A stretch of 63,199 nt of DNA, counting the filler, from Kipferlia bialata (lineage: Eukaryota), in NCBI GenBank assembly GCA_003568945.1. It is 4 parts of 4 records of this genome, joined end to end, with 100 filler letters (N's around TTAATTAATTAA, not from the genome) between each part and the next. Parts side by side here need not be neighbours in the genome. Positions count along the whole stretch, not along the records: positions 1 to 17,095 come from BDIP01000139.1; positions 17,196 to 46,307 come from BDIP01000140.1; 2 more parts are not named here. One strand, written 5' to 3'. This document shows positions 12,730 through 23,849 of this stretch, piece by piece. Within the stretch, counting starts at the first letter, position 1. Every line of letters begins with the position of its first letter. The notes beneath the pieces are model-generated. The model searched no databases, had not been told where the DNA came from, and saw nothing but the letters and a program-made list of their open reading frames with translations. Both the position numbers and the translations under genes were made by a program.

Positions 12730-13040
12730 ATACGGCAAGGTCATGGGCATGGCCTGGTATAAGTGGAGATAGAGAGACGTTGATACAGCTATGACCATAG
12801 TCTGGGGGTGGGAATATGAGAGAGAGAAGGGAGATAGAGAGTGGCAAGGCCATGGGCATGGCCTGGGTGGTAAAGCGTGATACACTGCTAACAATTATGG
12901 ATAGAGGGAGAGAGAGAGAGAGAGAGAGAGATAGAGAGACGTTGATACAGCTAGGCCCAGTGGCATGGCCTTGGGGTGGATACACGGGGAAAGGGGGGGT
13001 TATCTGAAACACAGGATGTCAGGGTGCTTGATCAACGAGA
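9552..13040 (-). CDS. Ornithine cyclodeaminase / mu-crystallin family protein, multi-exon; start obscured by poly-G tract
   Basis: Exons read AMPMALAVSATERAF, IPPRIHM, LFMP, MGLK-VINIRPDNP, DPVTGMPLACLDGGALTYLRTGAA, LAVLGVGAQ, ADIVLTCTPS, PGTHISAVGAYTP, VVDS and TMFKTVGSAVQDV. Stop at 9552-9554. Confidence 0.9.
12500..12975 (-). repeat. Splice-acceptor echo array (~6 copies) in the ornithine cyclodeaminase gene
   Basis: (G)CCATGGGCATGGCCT is repeated, interleaved with (GA)n. Confidence 0.8.
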
Positions 13041-13165
13041 GAGGGAGGGGGGGAGGCGAAGAGGGGGGGGGGGGGGGGGGGGGGGGGACGTAAGATTACA
13101 ACTCAACAACCACAAGAGCTAGACACATATACATATGAACATCCTTATTACACCATACTTCCACA

Positions 13166-13627
13166 CTATAGTCCCAAATCTGTGTCAACCGACTACTACC
13201 AGCGAATCATCGCATGCTAAATACCTGTGTAATCATCTGCCAGGACGAATGCCTTCCCCAGCCTCGCCCTCCTGTGTGCCAGGGCTGCTGCCACCGAGGG
13301 TAGGGTCACCACAGGCAGAGTGGCCAGGACACCGTCCTCCACCGATGCCAGCCACTGCTGAGACCCTGGGGAGCTGGCCTCCTCAGACCTTGGCCTGCCA
13401 GTCCTGCTCTGGTCCAGCACGGATGCTGGTACATATCGAGGTATCACACTGTCGTGCCCAACGCGAACTATACTACTGTCATCGTTAATAGAGACAACAC
13501 ACTCGTCGCCCTCCACCTGAACAAGCGTGCCTGGAACGGCTCCGACTACCACCTGGTGGAGGGAAGCTTGGGACGGCGATAGATACACCCATACTGGAGA
13601 ACGATGCTCTAGAGACCCCACTTCCAT
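13166..13627 (-). CDS. Small protein resembling myosin N-terminal SH3-like domain plus first motor-domain helix (stand-alone)
   Basis: ORF 13217-13627 reads VWVY...GTLVQVEGDECVVSINDDSSIVRVGHDSVIPR...VEDGVLATLPVVTLPSVAAALAHR. A possible 45-nt intron (13224-13180) adds DLGL* ending at 13166. Homology judged by eye only. Confidence 0.5.
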
Positions 13628-13832
13628 GGCTCTCTAAAACAGGGGCAGTGGGATACAAGCTGCAGTATTTGCTGGTGAGGGTGCAGTTGAAAAATCCGTC
13701 AGTTTGAGCACGGTATCATCAGCACACTCTCTATATACCTGAGTGAGAAGTCGCCTTCACACTGATAGGTGGAGCATTTGGCTCTGTAGTCGATAGGCTA
13801 CGTGCCATACGACTCCGGGTCCCGTCCCATCC

Positions 13833-14477
13833 ATGGACACCGACCAGTTGAAAGCTCTGTATAAGAGGCTCGCTACCTCTAAGCCAGATGCCATTGACGC
13901 TCTGACCCAGCTGGTGGACGTGTCCCAGGACCCTGCCACCTGTAAGCGCATGGCCAGTCTGAAGTTCGACTGTGCCATGGTGAAGGCATCGACAAACTTT
14001 AAGGATCAATTGGTGACCGACCAAACTCTAGGTAGGCTGCTTATTTTAGCTCCCATATCTATGTGTGTGTGTGTGTGTGTGTGAATGCTGGGTAGTGGAT
14101 TATTTGGTGTCTGATGCGGTAGCAACCCCCCCCCCCCCCCCCCCCCCCCTCCCCCACCTCTCCCCCCCCCCCCCCCCCCGCTTCCCCCTGTCTGCCCCCC
14201 CCCCCCCCTGTACTATAGTTAATGTCTTCATCTGACCTCAACCGACATCGATTGCTGACATACCTTTCTGACACCTACCCGTATCTAACCCCAGCACAAG
14301 AGAGTGGAGGCCTTGTCTAAGCGCCTCAGCTCCTTGCGGGAGGCCCAGCACCTAGTCAAGAGGAGCCAGGGACCTGGGGTAGATCAGGTGGATCAGTCTG
14401 TACTTAACCATTCATCCACAGCTTCACATCCACCTGTACAATCATTGCAACAATGGACATGCCAGCTTCTGAATCCG

Positions 14478-14508
<31 letters not shown>

Positions 14509-16388
14509 CCTACTCATGTGTAGAAGGCCCGTGCCCACATCAAGTCGATAGAGGAGGCCAACCGGGAGAAGGAGAGGGAGAGAGAGGCCGAGGAGGAGAG
14601 GCTCAGAACCCAGAGGGAGTCACTGGCTCGGGCTGCGAAAGCCGCAAGGTGGGGTTGATATGATACCCTTAGTACATACAGTACACGAGCACGAGGTTGT
14701 CATGGCCTCATCGCAGGGTTGGCATGCTGAAGGTCCACAGGGGGTTGGATGAGACGGATGAGACGTCTGGTGTTGACGATGCTGAGAGAGAGAGAGAGAC
14801 CCTGGCTGATGGGGTAGAGGGCACAGCTGGTGGGTGGGAGGCACCTGTCACAGCACCGTCCCCTGCTCCCCCGATGACAGCTGGAGGAGAGGGAGAGACT
14901 GAGAGGGAGAGGGAGTGTGTGCAGACCGCCCCCCCTGACCTGGAGGTCTCCCCCCCTGGTACTGTGTCAGATACATCAGACACACAGGGACAGGGGCAGG
15001 GGGGTGGAGGTGTTGGCAAGGCGAGGGGGGTCGGTGGCGAGGCCATCACCATGCTACCCGTGACCACTGGGTCTCCCTCTGCCTCTCCCTCCCAGAGGAA
15101 GTCCAAGGGTAGACGCAGCAAGACAAAGGTGGGTGGGCAGCAGACGGCACTAGTGAATGATGTTCATACCCCCACACTATCGATTGACTCTGGTTCCTCA
15201 CCTGCCATCTCTCTGACTCATTGTATGAGTGTCCCTCTCTTACCAGTAGCTGAGGCCTGCCTGGGCCCTGACCTCCGAGTTGAACGAGGAGAGAGAGGAG
15301 GAAGGGGTGGACGACTTGCTAGACTGGGCCGACAGCATGGTACGGTCAGGGGGTGCATACTCCGCACTGTACTGTGGATACCCTGTATGCCTATCCCTTA
15401 CACCCAGGCACCAGTCCCTGAGGATGCTGCCTCTGCTGATGGCACACATGCAGACACAGACGCACACGACGTGGCACAGGCCCTAGGTGGGTGGGATGTA
15501 GTTGATATGTACCAGTCTCTCCTCATTCCCCACCCCCAGGTGCCGATCTCCTAGGTGTGCTGCAGGGCATCAAGGACAGGATCGACAAGTCCATGTCCAA
15601 GAAACAGGCAGCCAGGCTGGCACACGCACTGGCCCTGGCACAGGTATCCATTATATATATACGCACTCGTTCGGCCTTCCGTACCTATGTATACAAACTA
15701 TATATATATTCCGTGTATGGTATGTATCATTAACCGTCAGGAGCACATCAACAGGGGTGACAATCCCTTTGCCGAGGACGACTCTGCGAGGTGTCTCTCC
15801 CCCTCCCTCGGGTCTTTGCCTGCCAGTGGGGAGGGGGGCGAGATTCTGTTCCGGCTAGTGATGCAGCAGCTTATGGGAGCGGAGAGAGAGAGAGACACTG
15901 TGCCCGCAGAGAGAGAGAAGGAGAGAGAGAGGGCCGGGGAGATTGGGAGACTGAGACGTGTTCTCAAGACTCATTCCTCAGCAAGCCTCAGGTCAGTTCT
16001 GGTGTGAGTGACTGTTTGTATGAGTGTAGACACTATCCTCACTACAGGGCTCTCTTTGCCCGTATGGCCAAGTCCTTTGGCCTCACCCCTGAGCAGGGCG
16101 AGAGGCAGGCACTCCTGGCAGGTGGGCACTGATACTGTCACACACTGATACTATCATGTGTCTATTCACTGATACTATCATGTGTTGTCCCAGTATGAGT
16201 ACCACTAACCCCTAGGCATTGCGTTCTCCGGTGGACACACGGCGTCTGTCTCCAGAGACGGACACACCAAGGAAGAGGGTGAGAGAGGTGGCTGCCCTAT
16301 CTACAATGTACCCACACCCCTCACCTCAGACAGTAAGAGTGTACCGCTACACAAGCTGGCCTACCTATATCGCAATGAAGCACTCTAG
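13833..16388 (+). CDS. Hypothetical protein (helical/coiled-coil with low-complexity middle), multi-exon
   Basis: Reads MDTDQLKALYKRLATSKPDAIDALTQL..., then a chain of GT-AG-bounded coding-like exons ending ...LHKLAYLYRNEAL* (TAG 16386-16388). No family recognised. Confidence 0.6.
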
Positions 16389-16654
16389 ACGGGGCATTAT
16401 CAGGAGGAGAGATATGTGCCCCTCGAGGATTCGATGTAAGAACTTGACTTGCGAAAGAGATATGTAGTAGTATTCATAATAATAGTAAGACGAAACAGTC
16501 GTCATTGTAAGAATAGACCTTCACTTAGATCTAGTGTTCACTCATTGAATAGTTCTACTCTCATTTATAGTCTGACAAAGTCAGTCGGTTAGGATCCTTC
16601 AACCGGAGAGAATCCATAGGTATACATGTAGTTGTTCGTGTCTCCGACATATCT

Positions 16655-17028
16655 CTAATACCCTGTTCCCGACTCCGTTCTGGCCTGGGACCTTGTGATC
16701 TCTGCCCTCAGATTGGCTATGGTGTGGCCTGGCGTCAGAGACAACGGAAACTCAAAAAGAGTGCCTTCTCTTTCCGAGACACTACCCGAGTGACAAGGAT
16801 TCTCTCACCTAGCTTCCTGCTCTCCCCTGCCATGGACTGTCTGGGCAGGCCTCCTCTGTCTCTCTCTCTCTGCCTCTCCTTCTCCGTCTGCCTCACATGC
16901 ATCTGAGGTCAGACACACATGATGCTATGCTACTAGACTGCTCCCCACCTTGAGGTCCTGGAAGTGTTGGTCCGTGTGCCTCTGGGCGTTGTATCTGCCC
17001 CTCTTGGCTATCATGTCAGACCCAGGCC
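16655..17028 (-). CDS. 3' end of hypothetical protein (5' part lost at contig end)
   Basis: Three phase-compatible exons: PGSDMIAKRGRYNAQRHTDQHFQDLK / MHVRQTEKERQRE...RKL / GHTIANLRAEITRSQARTESGTGY*. Confidence 0.55.
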
Positions 17029-17095
17029 TGGGGGTGAGGGGAGGGGGAGGGGGAGGGGGGGGGGGGGAGGGGGCATACACACCTCATGAACGATG

Positions 17096-17195
17096 NNNNN
17101 NNNNNNNNNNNNNNNNNNNNNNNNNNNNNNNNNNNNNNNTTAATTAATTAANNNNNNNNNNNNNNNNNNNNNNNNNNNNNNNNNNNNNNNNNNNN
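17096..17195. other. Artificial contig-joining linker (N44-TTAATTAATTAA-N44)
   Basis: Exactly 100 nt. The central 12-mer has stops in all six frames, and the same structure occurs three times in the window. Confidence 0.95.
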
Positions 17196-17580
17196 TGCGT
17201 TTTTAACTAAAAACGCAATATCGCGGGAATTGCGGACTTAAGGATGCCTGACTCTAGGGTATAGGGCTACTAGGCTAGTAACGACGTAAGCTATCAATAA
17301 TTAGCTGCTTAGGGCCTATTAAGCTTTGGACGTTAGGTGGTACCAGGCACTGCGAGTAATACCACGAGTTCTCGCACTCACAAAGTCTTCTCGGAACCTC
17401 CTCCTCCTCCAGCCAAGAGATGAGTGTAGAATAAAAATCATCATAACAATTTCTATTCAACAATACACGATACTTAGTAGTCACAACACAGTCACAAACA
17501 GAGTACACCCCTACCATGGTCCCATGCCCCCACAGGACGTAGCACCCACAGCACAGCACAGGACATAGGACATAGGACTC

Positions 17581-17624
17581 ATGTCTCCACAGGGCTTATG
17601 TCTCCACAGGGCTTATGTCTCCAC
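17581..17624. repeat. 17-bp tandem repeat (ATGTCTCCACAGGGCTT) overlapping the WD40 stop codon
   Basis: About 2.6 copies are directly visible. Confidence 0.8.
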
Positions 17625-18707
17625 GGTTGTCTTGACCGGGCTGGGCGGGGGCTGGATGGCCATCTCTGTGACGTTGGTCCACTTCCAGAGCTTGATGGTC
17701 TGGGGTGGGCAGGGTCTCAGAGAAGGAAAGGGACTGGTACAGAGGTGGTGTAGAGGAGGTAAAGGTGACAGCTGGACACACAGAGGTGGCATGTCCACCT
17801 TACTCCTGCCAAGTATCAGTATAAGTATTAAGTAGTATCGGCATGAGAATAGAGGGTCCCGCCTTGCCCCTGCCCCATGTATCAGTATCAGTATCTACCA
17901 GTACCCACTATTCTACACTGCTCATCATGGTCCACTGATACTGGTACTGATACCGACCCCCACCTTGTCTCTCCCCCATGTGAACAGGAGGCCTGCCTCA
18001 GCATACAGCTCACACCCCAGCACCCAGTCCTCATGGGCCATCCAGTGGGCCACAACCTGGGGTGGGGCATGCATCGATAGCTGACAGTACGGTCAGGTAT
18101 TGGAACCATTATTGTAATGGGATGACACAGATACGCACACCATTGACACGCAACTACACAGCCGCACCTTCTCCATCCATACACATACACATACATATAT
18201 GCACCACTCACCTTCTTCAGAGTGGCATCCCACACAATGACGGTGCGGTCGTCACCTGGGGGGTCAGAAGGGGTGGGACAGTATATATCACACGGGTTGT
18301 GAGTGTTCCCCCTCACTCGATGCATACATATATATATGTATATACATACCTGTGCTGAACAGCAGCCTGTGCTCCCTGTCCCAGGCCAGGCCCTTGACCT
18401 GGTCATCAGTATCAGTGTCAGTATCAGTGCCATCAGTATCAGTATCACAGAGAGGCATAGGGAGGGAGAGGACTCAGACACATGACACTGGAAGGGCACT
18501 GCCGGGCCAACAAAGAGCATACCTTTATACCCTTATATACCCATATGCACACGCCACTCCCCCCACCTTCCCCCTGTGGCCATCTTGAGTATACGCCTAT
18601 CTATATGATACCCTATCTACATGATACCCTATCTACATGATACCGACACTGAATCCGATACCTTCCCCCTGTGACCATCACCAGTATCATATCATATGAC
18701 CCTATAC

Positions 18708-18740
<33 letters not shown>

Positions 18741-18887
18741 ACCTTCCCCCTGTGGCCATCGAGGCGGCACCGGAGCTGGGTCAGCCTTGACCTCTCAACC
18801 TGTCTGGGGGTGGGTATGAGGTCACACATAATTATAATGATCATAATCATAATGGTGGTATGAGCTGTCACCCAACCCCGTCCCAGT

Positions 18888-18928
<41 letters not shown>

Positions 18929-20538
18929 CATATATACATACATATATATGTATGGCATCAGTCCAATGACCCCCCCCCACCTGGGTATCTGCCACCCACA
19001 GACTGTCTTGTCAAAGGACCCCGAGAACAGGAAGGACTCCTGGGGGGTAAGACATCATATACAATACAGGTACCATACATATACAATGTCTATACTGGAT
19101 ACTGATACTGAGCCAGAGACCAGGAAGGACTCCTGGGGGTGGGGGGCACAACACCGGTATATACAGAATGATGCTAGAACATAGACGACCCGCCCCCTTC
19201 CCGCACCCACCTTTTCATCAAACAGCAGGGACCGCACAGAGGCAGTGTGGCCACACTGGGACAGCTGCTTGCCGGCCTCCTTGAGCCCCAACTCGGCCAC
19301 CTGGGGTCAGACAGACAGATGTGGCATTTGATATCACTGACAGCAATATATATATATATATATATATATATGGAAGACGGACAGAGCACGACAACAACAC
19401 AGAGGTATAGAACACTCCGACCTGGCTGAATGACCGGTAGTCCTCTCCCAGCACCAGGACGGGGATGGTGCGGCCCATGGTGCCGAGGAACACCCGCCTG
19501 CCCTACAGATAAGGGGAGGGAAGGGGGGGGGGGGATACACAGCCATACATACCTGCTGCTCGTACTCAAAGGTGTGGACCACGGCGTCTGTCACCCTGCC
19601 GCCCCCCAGCGACCTCTCCTCCTGGTCGTACAGGAACAGGTTCTTGTCCTTGCCTACAGACACCACAACGTCATGGTTCTCGGGCAAAATCATAATCTAG
19701 GGTTCAGACATAATCTAGGGTTCAATATGTTATAGTATCAGACATGCACTCCATATGTGATAAGGCAGAGAGACTGAGCGAGTCGGGATATAGTCACTAT
19801 AGACAACACATAACAAATGGGAGATGACAGCTGCACGGAGACGAACCTTAGTCACGGCCTTCTTGTGAGCATCGATCTGCCCAGCCAGCTTGAGACAGGA
19901 CCCTTGGTCCCCTGGAGGTAGGAGGGAGAGTCACACTGACGCCAAAGCACAACACACGCACCTACGGAGAGCAGCAGAATCATGCCGTTGCTGAGGCCTG
20001 CAATCACCCTGCGTCTGGACCCATCGAAGGCAAGGGCGGTGACCTATATATGGGCAAGGGGGGGAGACATGCCACACCGGTACCAATACAACGGCGAGTG
20101 CCTACTACCGCCACGCACCTTGCTGTTGCAGTGGAAGGTGGTGGCCTCCTTCCACTGCTCATAGGAGTCATCCAGCGCATGGAACACGTGGACCTGGAAT
20201 GAGAGGGAAGAGGGAGCGGTCCTAATTGGAGGAATGGGTGAGCGAAAGTGACCCACATAAGAACTGTACAACAGATCCCATTTCCCAACTACATAACCAG
20301 TCCCTCACAGGTCCGACCGGTCGGTATACTATATATCCAATATAAAAATCAATCCCTGACGCAAGGGCGGCGCTCTCCATAAAATGGGACCAGCCGAGAC
20401 CCCCACCTTCTTGTCATTGCTGGCACTGAAGATCAGGCGCTCCTCGGGGTAGAACGTCACAGCGTTGATGGAGTCGGTGTGGCCCCGCAGGCTCACAACA
20501 CAGTCGGGAGAAGTCCTGTCAGACTCAGCAGTTGCCAT
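17613..20538 (-). CDS. WD40-repeat protein (~7 blades), multi-exon
   Basis: Exons read LRGHTDSINAVTF...IFSASNDKKVHVF, VTALAFD, DAHKKAVTKI, VSVGKDKNLFLYD, GHTASVRSLLFD...LFSGSFDKTVCGW, LDGHRGKVKGLAWD...STGDDRTVIVWD and AHEDWV...TIKLWKW. Confidence 0.88.
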
Positions 20539-20717
20539 CACGTGGAAGCTTGGAGAGGACACACAGGGCACAGTATATACATATTGGCCTATTTGGCAAG
20601 GACGTCTATTTTAGCAGTTATAGACAATATGTAAGGCTTGCAATTATGCAGCTTAACTCTAGGGCCTAATTTAGAGAGAGAAATTAAAACCAGATTAAGC
20701 TCAATAGGCTAATATCT

Positions 20718-20782
20718 CCGTGAGTCATCATGCGTCACATCACATCTTCTCATGACATCATCATCGTCATCATGACTCACGG
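20718..20782. promoter_or_regulatory. Cluster of AP-1/GCN4/CRE-like bZIP motifs bounded by an 11-bp inverted repeat
   Basis: CCGTGAGTCAT (20718-20728) and ATGACTCACGG (20772-20782) enclose TGCGTCA, TGACATCA and CGTCA. The cluster lies between divergent ATGs at 20538 and 20833. Confidence 0.5.
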
Positions 20783-20832
20783 TGGAAGTATGGAGGGCAA
20801 ACACACGAACCTTTTCATTCACGTCTTGAGTT

Positions 20833-21867
20833 ATGGCATTCCGCATTAAAGCCCTCTTGTTTGCCGCTTTGGTTGTCCTGTGCTTTTGTAGTGGAGAATT
20901 GAATGCCTTCCGGGTGCACCGCTCTCCCTATGCGGCACTGGAGAGGTTGGAGAGACAGACTGCAGATGCCAGCCACCACCATCATGTGTATACACGCAAT
21001 CCCTTTGGTAACCCAATAGGCCTAATGGCCCAGAGGCATATTGACACCATGAAGGTACGCTTTGTACTATATACCCCCCTTTATGCTTGTCAATCCGTAG
21101 GAATGATCCATAGTAATGATACCTCTCCGACTTGTCATTGACTCAGTCTTATTCTGTTGCTTGCCGTCTCACCCCAGAGCCTTGACCCCCTCTTCACCTC
21201 CTTCTCCCATTCCTACCCTCCCTCCCTCGTTACCAAGAGGCAAGAGGCGTTGCATGCCGAGAGGCAGAGAGAGATTGCGGTGCTCAGTGCGCAGCACAGA
21301 GAGAGGCTGCAGAGGCAGAGGGAGAGGATGGCTGAGCGGGAGGTGGCCCTACACCAGAGATGGGCGGCCCTTGAGGAGAGGCAGCGTCTGCTGAGGGAGA
21401 GACAGCGTCTGCTGAGGGAGATGTACCTGGTGGACAGACTCAGGCTGGGGGGTCGCCTTGCCCCGAGTGAGATAGTACATGAGGCCCTAGTCGCTGAGAA
21501 CCCAATTGAGACCCCGACCCCGACCCCGACCCCGACCAGGACAGACCGAGGCCCAGGGGGCGCCCCTCTTACTAGGCTTCTTCGGGTGGCACCCCCCGAG
21601 GCCCCTGTGCCTCTGCCGCCCAGCCCCACCCCCACTTCCTCTGTACCAGGTGGGGACCGGCCATCACTGACAGTCGCCATCACTGACACAAATAGGGATA
21701 CTGAGACTGGCACTGATACTGACACAGGGGGGGAAGCACAAGGGGCTGCTGAGACCGACTCTCCCTCCATGTCTGATGGTGACGTTGGAGGGCAGGTGGC
21801 TTCCGAGCCTGCCCCCTCCCAGGAGGACGCTCTCATCCTAGACCTCCTGTCAGAGGAGTATGCATGA
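20833..21867 (+). CDS. Hypothetical secreted protein (signal peptide, coiled coil, Pro/Thr- and acid-rich tail), 2 exons
   Basis: Starts with a signal-like MAFRIKALLFAALVVLCFCSG. A phase-0 intron (~21055-21177) joins HIDTMK to SLDPLF. Ends LLSEEYA*. Confidence 0.7.
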
Positions 21868-22083
21868 GGGTCTGGCGGAATAGATTGTACCTGCGATTGT
21901 TGGTTTGTGAGTGTTTTGCTTATCTCATACTGTAGTACCTTCCACCGCCTTCTTGCAACAGCAATAGATTTCTTCTTGCAAAAAACAGGCAATTGTAGCA
22001 GCTACTCACAGAATGAAGCTTCGAGTCTATTTGTTGTTAATATGGAAAACAATGAAACAACAGTCTCCACCCGATGCCGCGTG

Positions 22084-23693
22084 TCACCGCCTGCCCCTGC
22101 CCTTGGAGGCCCCCTTGCCCTTGACGCCGGAGATGGTATTGGGGTTGATCTGGATATTAGTAAATATATCGGTCATCTCAGTCTACTCTGGGGGTTGACT
22201 TGTTATGCTATATATTGGGGGGTATGATGGGAGCGGTAGAACGGAGAGAAGGAGCACGCATGGACGTAAACATCGGTACATACGTATATATATATATATA
22301 CTTATATGCATACAACTGAGTCAGCTCATAGTGTTACATACTAGTACCTTCAGCACCCCCTTGGCATCCCACCGCCCCTCCTGAGCCTTGATACCCCTAC
22401 AGGTTAGAGAGAGACACGCAGAGAGAGAGAGACAGAGAGAGACAGGGCACTGATGGCACCCACCTGGTTCCAGCCACCAGTCGGCTGTTGGGTCCCTTTC
22501 TGTTGTTGTACTTGCCGGCAATGCGGGTGGACGTCTGCCGTCAGAGACTCCCCATATCAGTTACATACTACACAGAAGCCAACCGGAATCACGACACGAC
22601 CAGGGGTGGGATATATCAACACATCTGCATATGCAGACACCGAAGAGTACCTGGTGTACGTCCTCTCTGGTGATGTGTCCGTGGTAGGCCCCGTTCCTGA
22701 GCATGTCTCCCATGGGGGCAATCTGGGGTGGGCACACATGATGGATAATGTCACATGGAGTCTGGAGGTCATGTATATACACCAGTACCTTTGCCTTCCC
22801 CTCCGAGTCCCTGACCACATGGGTGAGACCCATCTCCATGGCACGCTGGTCCCTGGGGGGGAGAGGGAGAGAGAGAGAGAAAGAGAGAGATAGAGAGGGA
22901 GATGAGCCAGGGAGGGTGCCAGGCATGTGCCGCACCTTCTCTTTGCCTTCTTCTTCTCGGCCTGCTGCATCCCCTGCCACATCCGCAGCGGACACTGCTC
23001 CCTCTTAGCATCCCTCGCGCCAAGAAGAATCAGTTTCCGCTTCTGGGCAGCCTTTAGCTCCTAGAAGTGAGAAGAACCATCACATACATCATGTGACGGA
23101 TGCTATATATAATTAATACATATCAGGGACGTGGCAGTCCATAAATTCTAGGCCGCCACCTGCTTCTCTGCCTTTGTGAGATTGTGTCTCTTCTCCCTGA
23201 GCAGGTCTATGGCCACGTCCTCTACACCCTGGGGGTTGGGGAGGTACTAGGCATAGTATTATACATATGTAATAACACTACATAACATCCTCTGAATATG
23301 GGACAGCATCAGACCCAGATCTAATGGAGACACACCTGCTTGTTGGCGGCATCCTCAAACTCTTCCCGCTGTCTCGACTCCTTGTAGGCCCGCCGGTCGT
23401 CCTTCACCTGATGTCAATGTCAAGGACACGATGCGAAGGATACTCCATAGACAGGATGTCCATGAGATCTAGTTATACCCACTATACTCTCTAGACCATA
23501 TCACGCCCACACCAACTAGTACTGCACTCTCTCCTTGTACCTTCTTCCTGGCAGCCCTGTCCTCATTGCGCAGTGTGTCGTCAATGAACGCTGGCTTGGT
23601 AACAGATGCATTGTGGCCCGAGCGCTTCTTCCGCTGCGTGAATGCAAGCAGAGCGCTCTGGTCAAAAACAGCTGGGGGACCAGCTTTGTCCAT
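22084..23693 (-). CDS. Basic protein, possibly Faf1/DUF4602 (C1orf131)-like SSU processome factor, multi-exon
   Basis: Reads MDKAGPPAVFDQ..., QKRKLILLGARDAK (cf. LGAKPPK), and C-terminal GRWDAKGVLKINPNTISGVKGKGASKGRGRR* (cf. GKFkgGxLxlsxxdI). Family call is tentative; the gene itself is well supported. Confidence 0.5.
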
Positions 23694-23756
23694 CTAGAAG
23701 CCGTCAGTCGTGAGTATATGTGTTACTACCTGCGTGATGACAAATAGAGATGCGGG

Positions 23757-23783
23757 CACGCAATGCGTGACGCATGGTGCGCA
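23757..23783. promoter_or_regulatory. Overlapping GC-rich palindromes in the divergent promoter upstream of CKS1
   Basis: CACGCA-A-TGCGTG (23757-23769), ATGCGT-G-ACGCAT (23763-23775) and TGCGCA (23778-23783). Confidence 0.4.
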
Positions 23784-23849
23784 ACCCTTTTTTCACTTCT
23801 ATTTTGAAAGCTCTCTCGGCGGCTTTTGATTCTTCTCCTTCAGCCTATC

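Noticed and set aside
35..13040. Proline-metabolism gene cluster (Xaa-Pro aminopeptidase plus ornithine cyclodeaminase)
   Set aside because: The two genes are separated by two unrelated genes and share no visible regulatory feature. Chance adjacency in a gene-dense genome is sufficient.
12500..13627. Fusion of the myosin-N-like ORF to the ornithine cyclodeaminase
   Set aside because: The donor after DDYT is phase 1, whereas the AMPMAL exon starts in phase 0, and the nearest acceptors lead to in-frame stops. It cannot be fully excluded because a poly-G tract (13045-13088) obscures the region.
17140..17151. TTAATTAATTAA as a regulatory motif or piggyBac TTAA target site
   Set aside because: It is embedded symmetrically in Ns three times and is an artificial six-frame stop linker.
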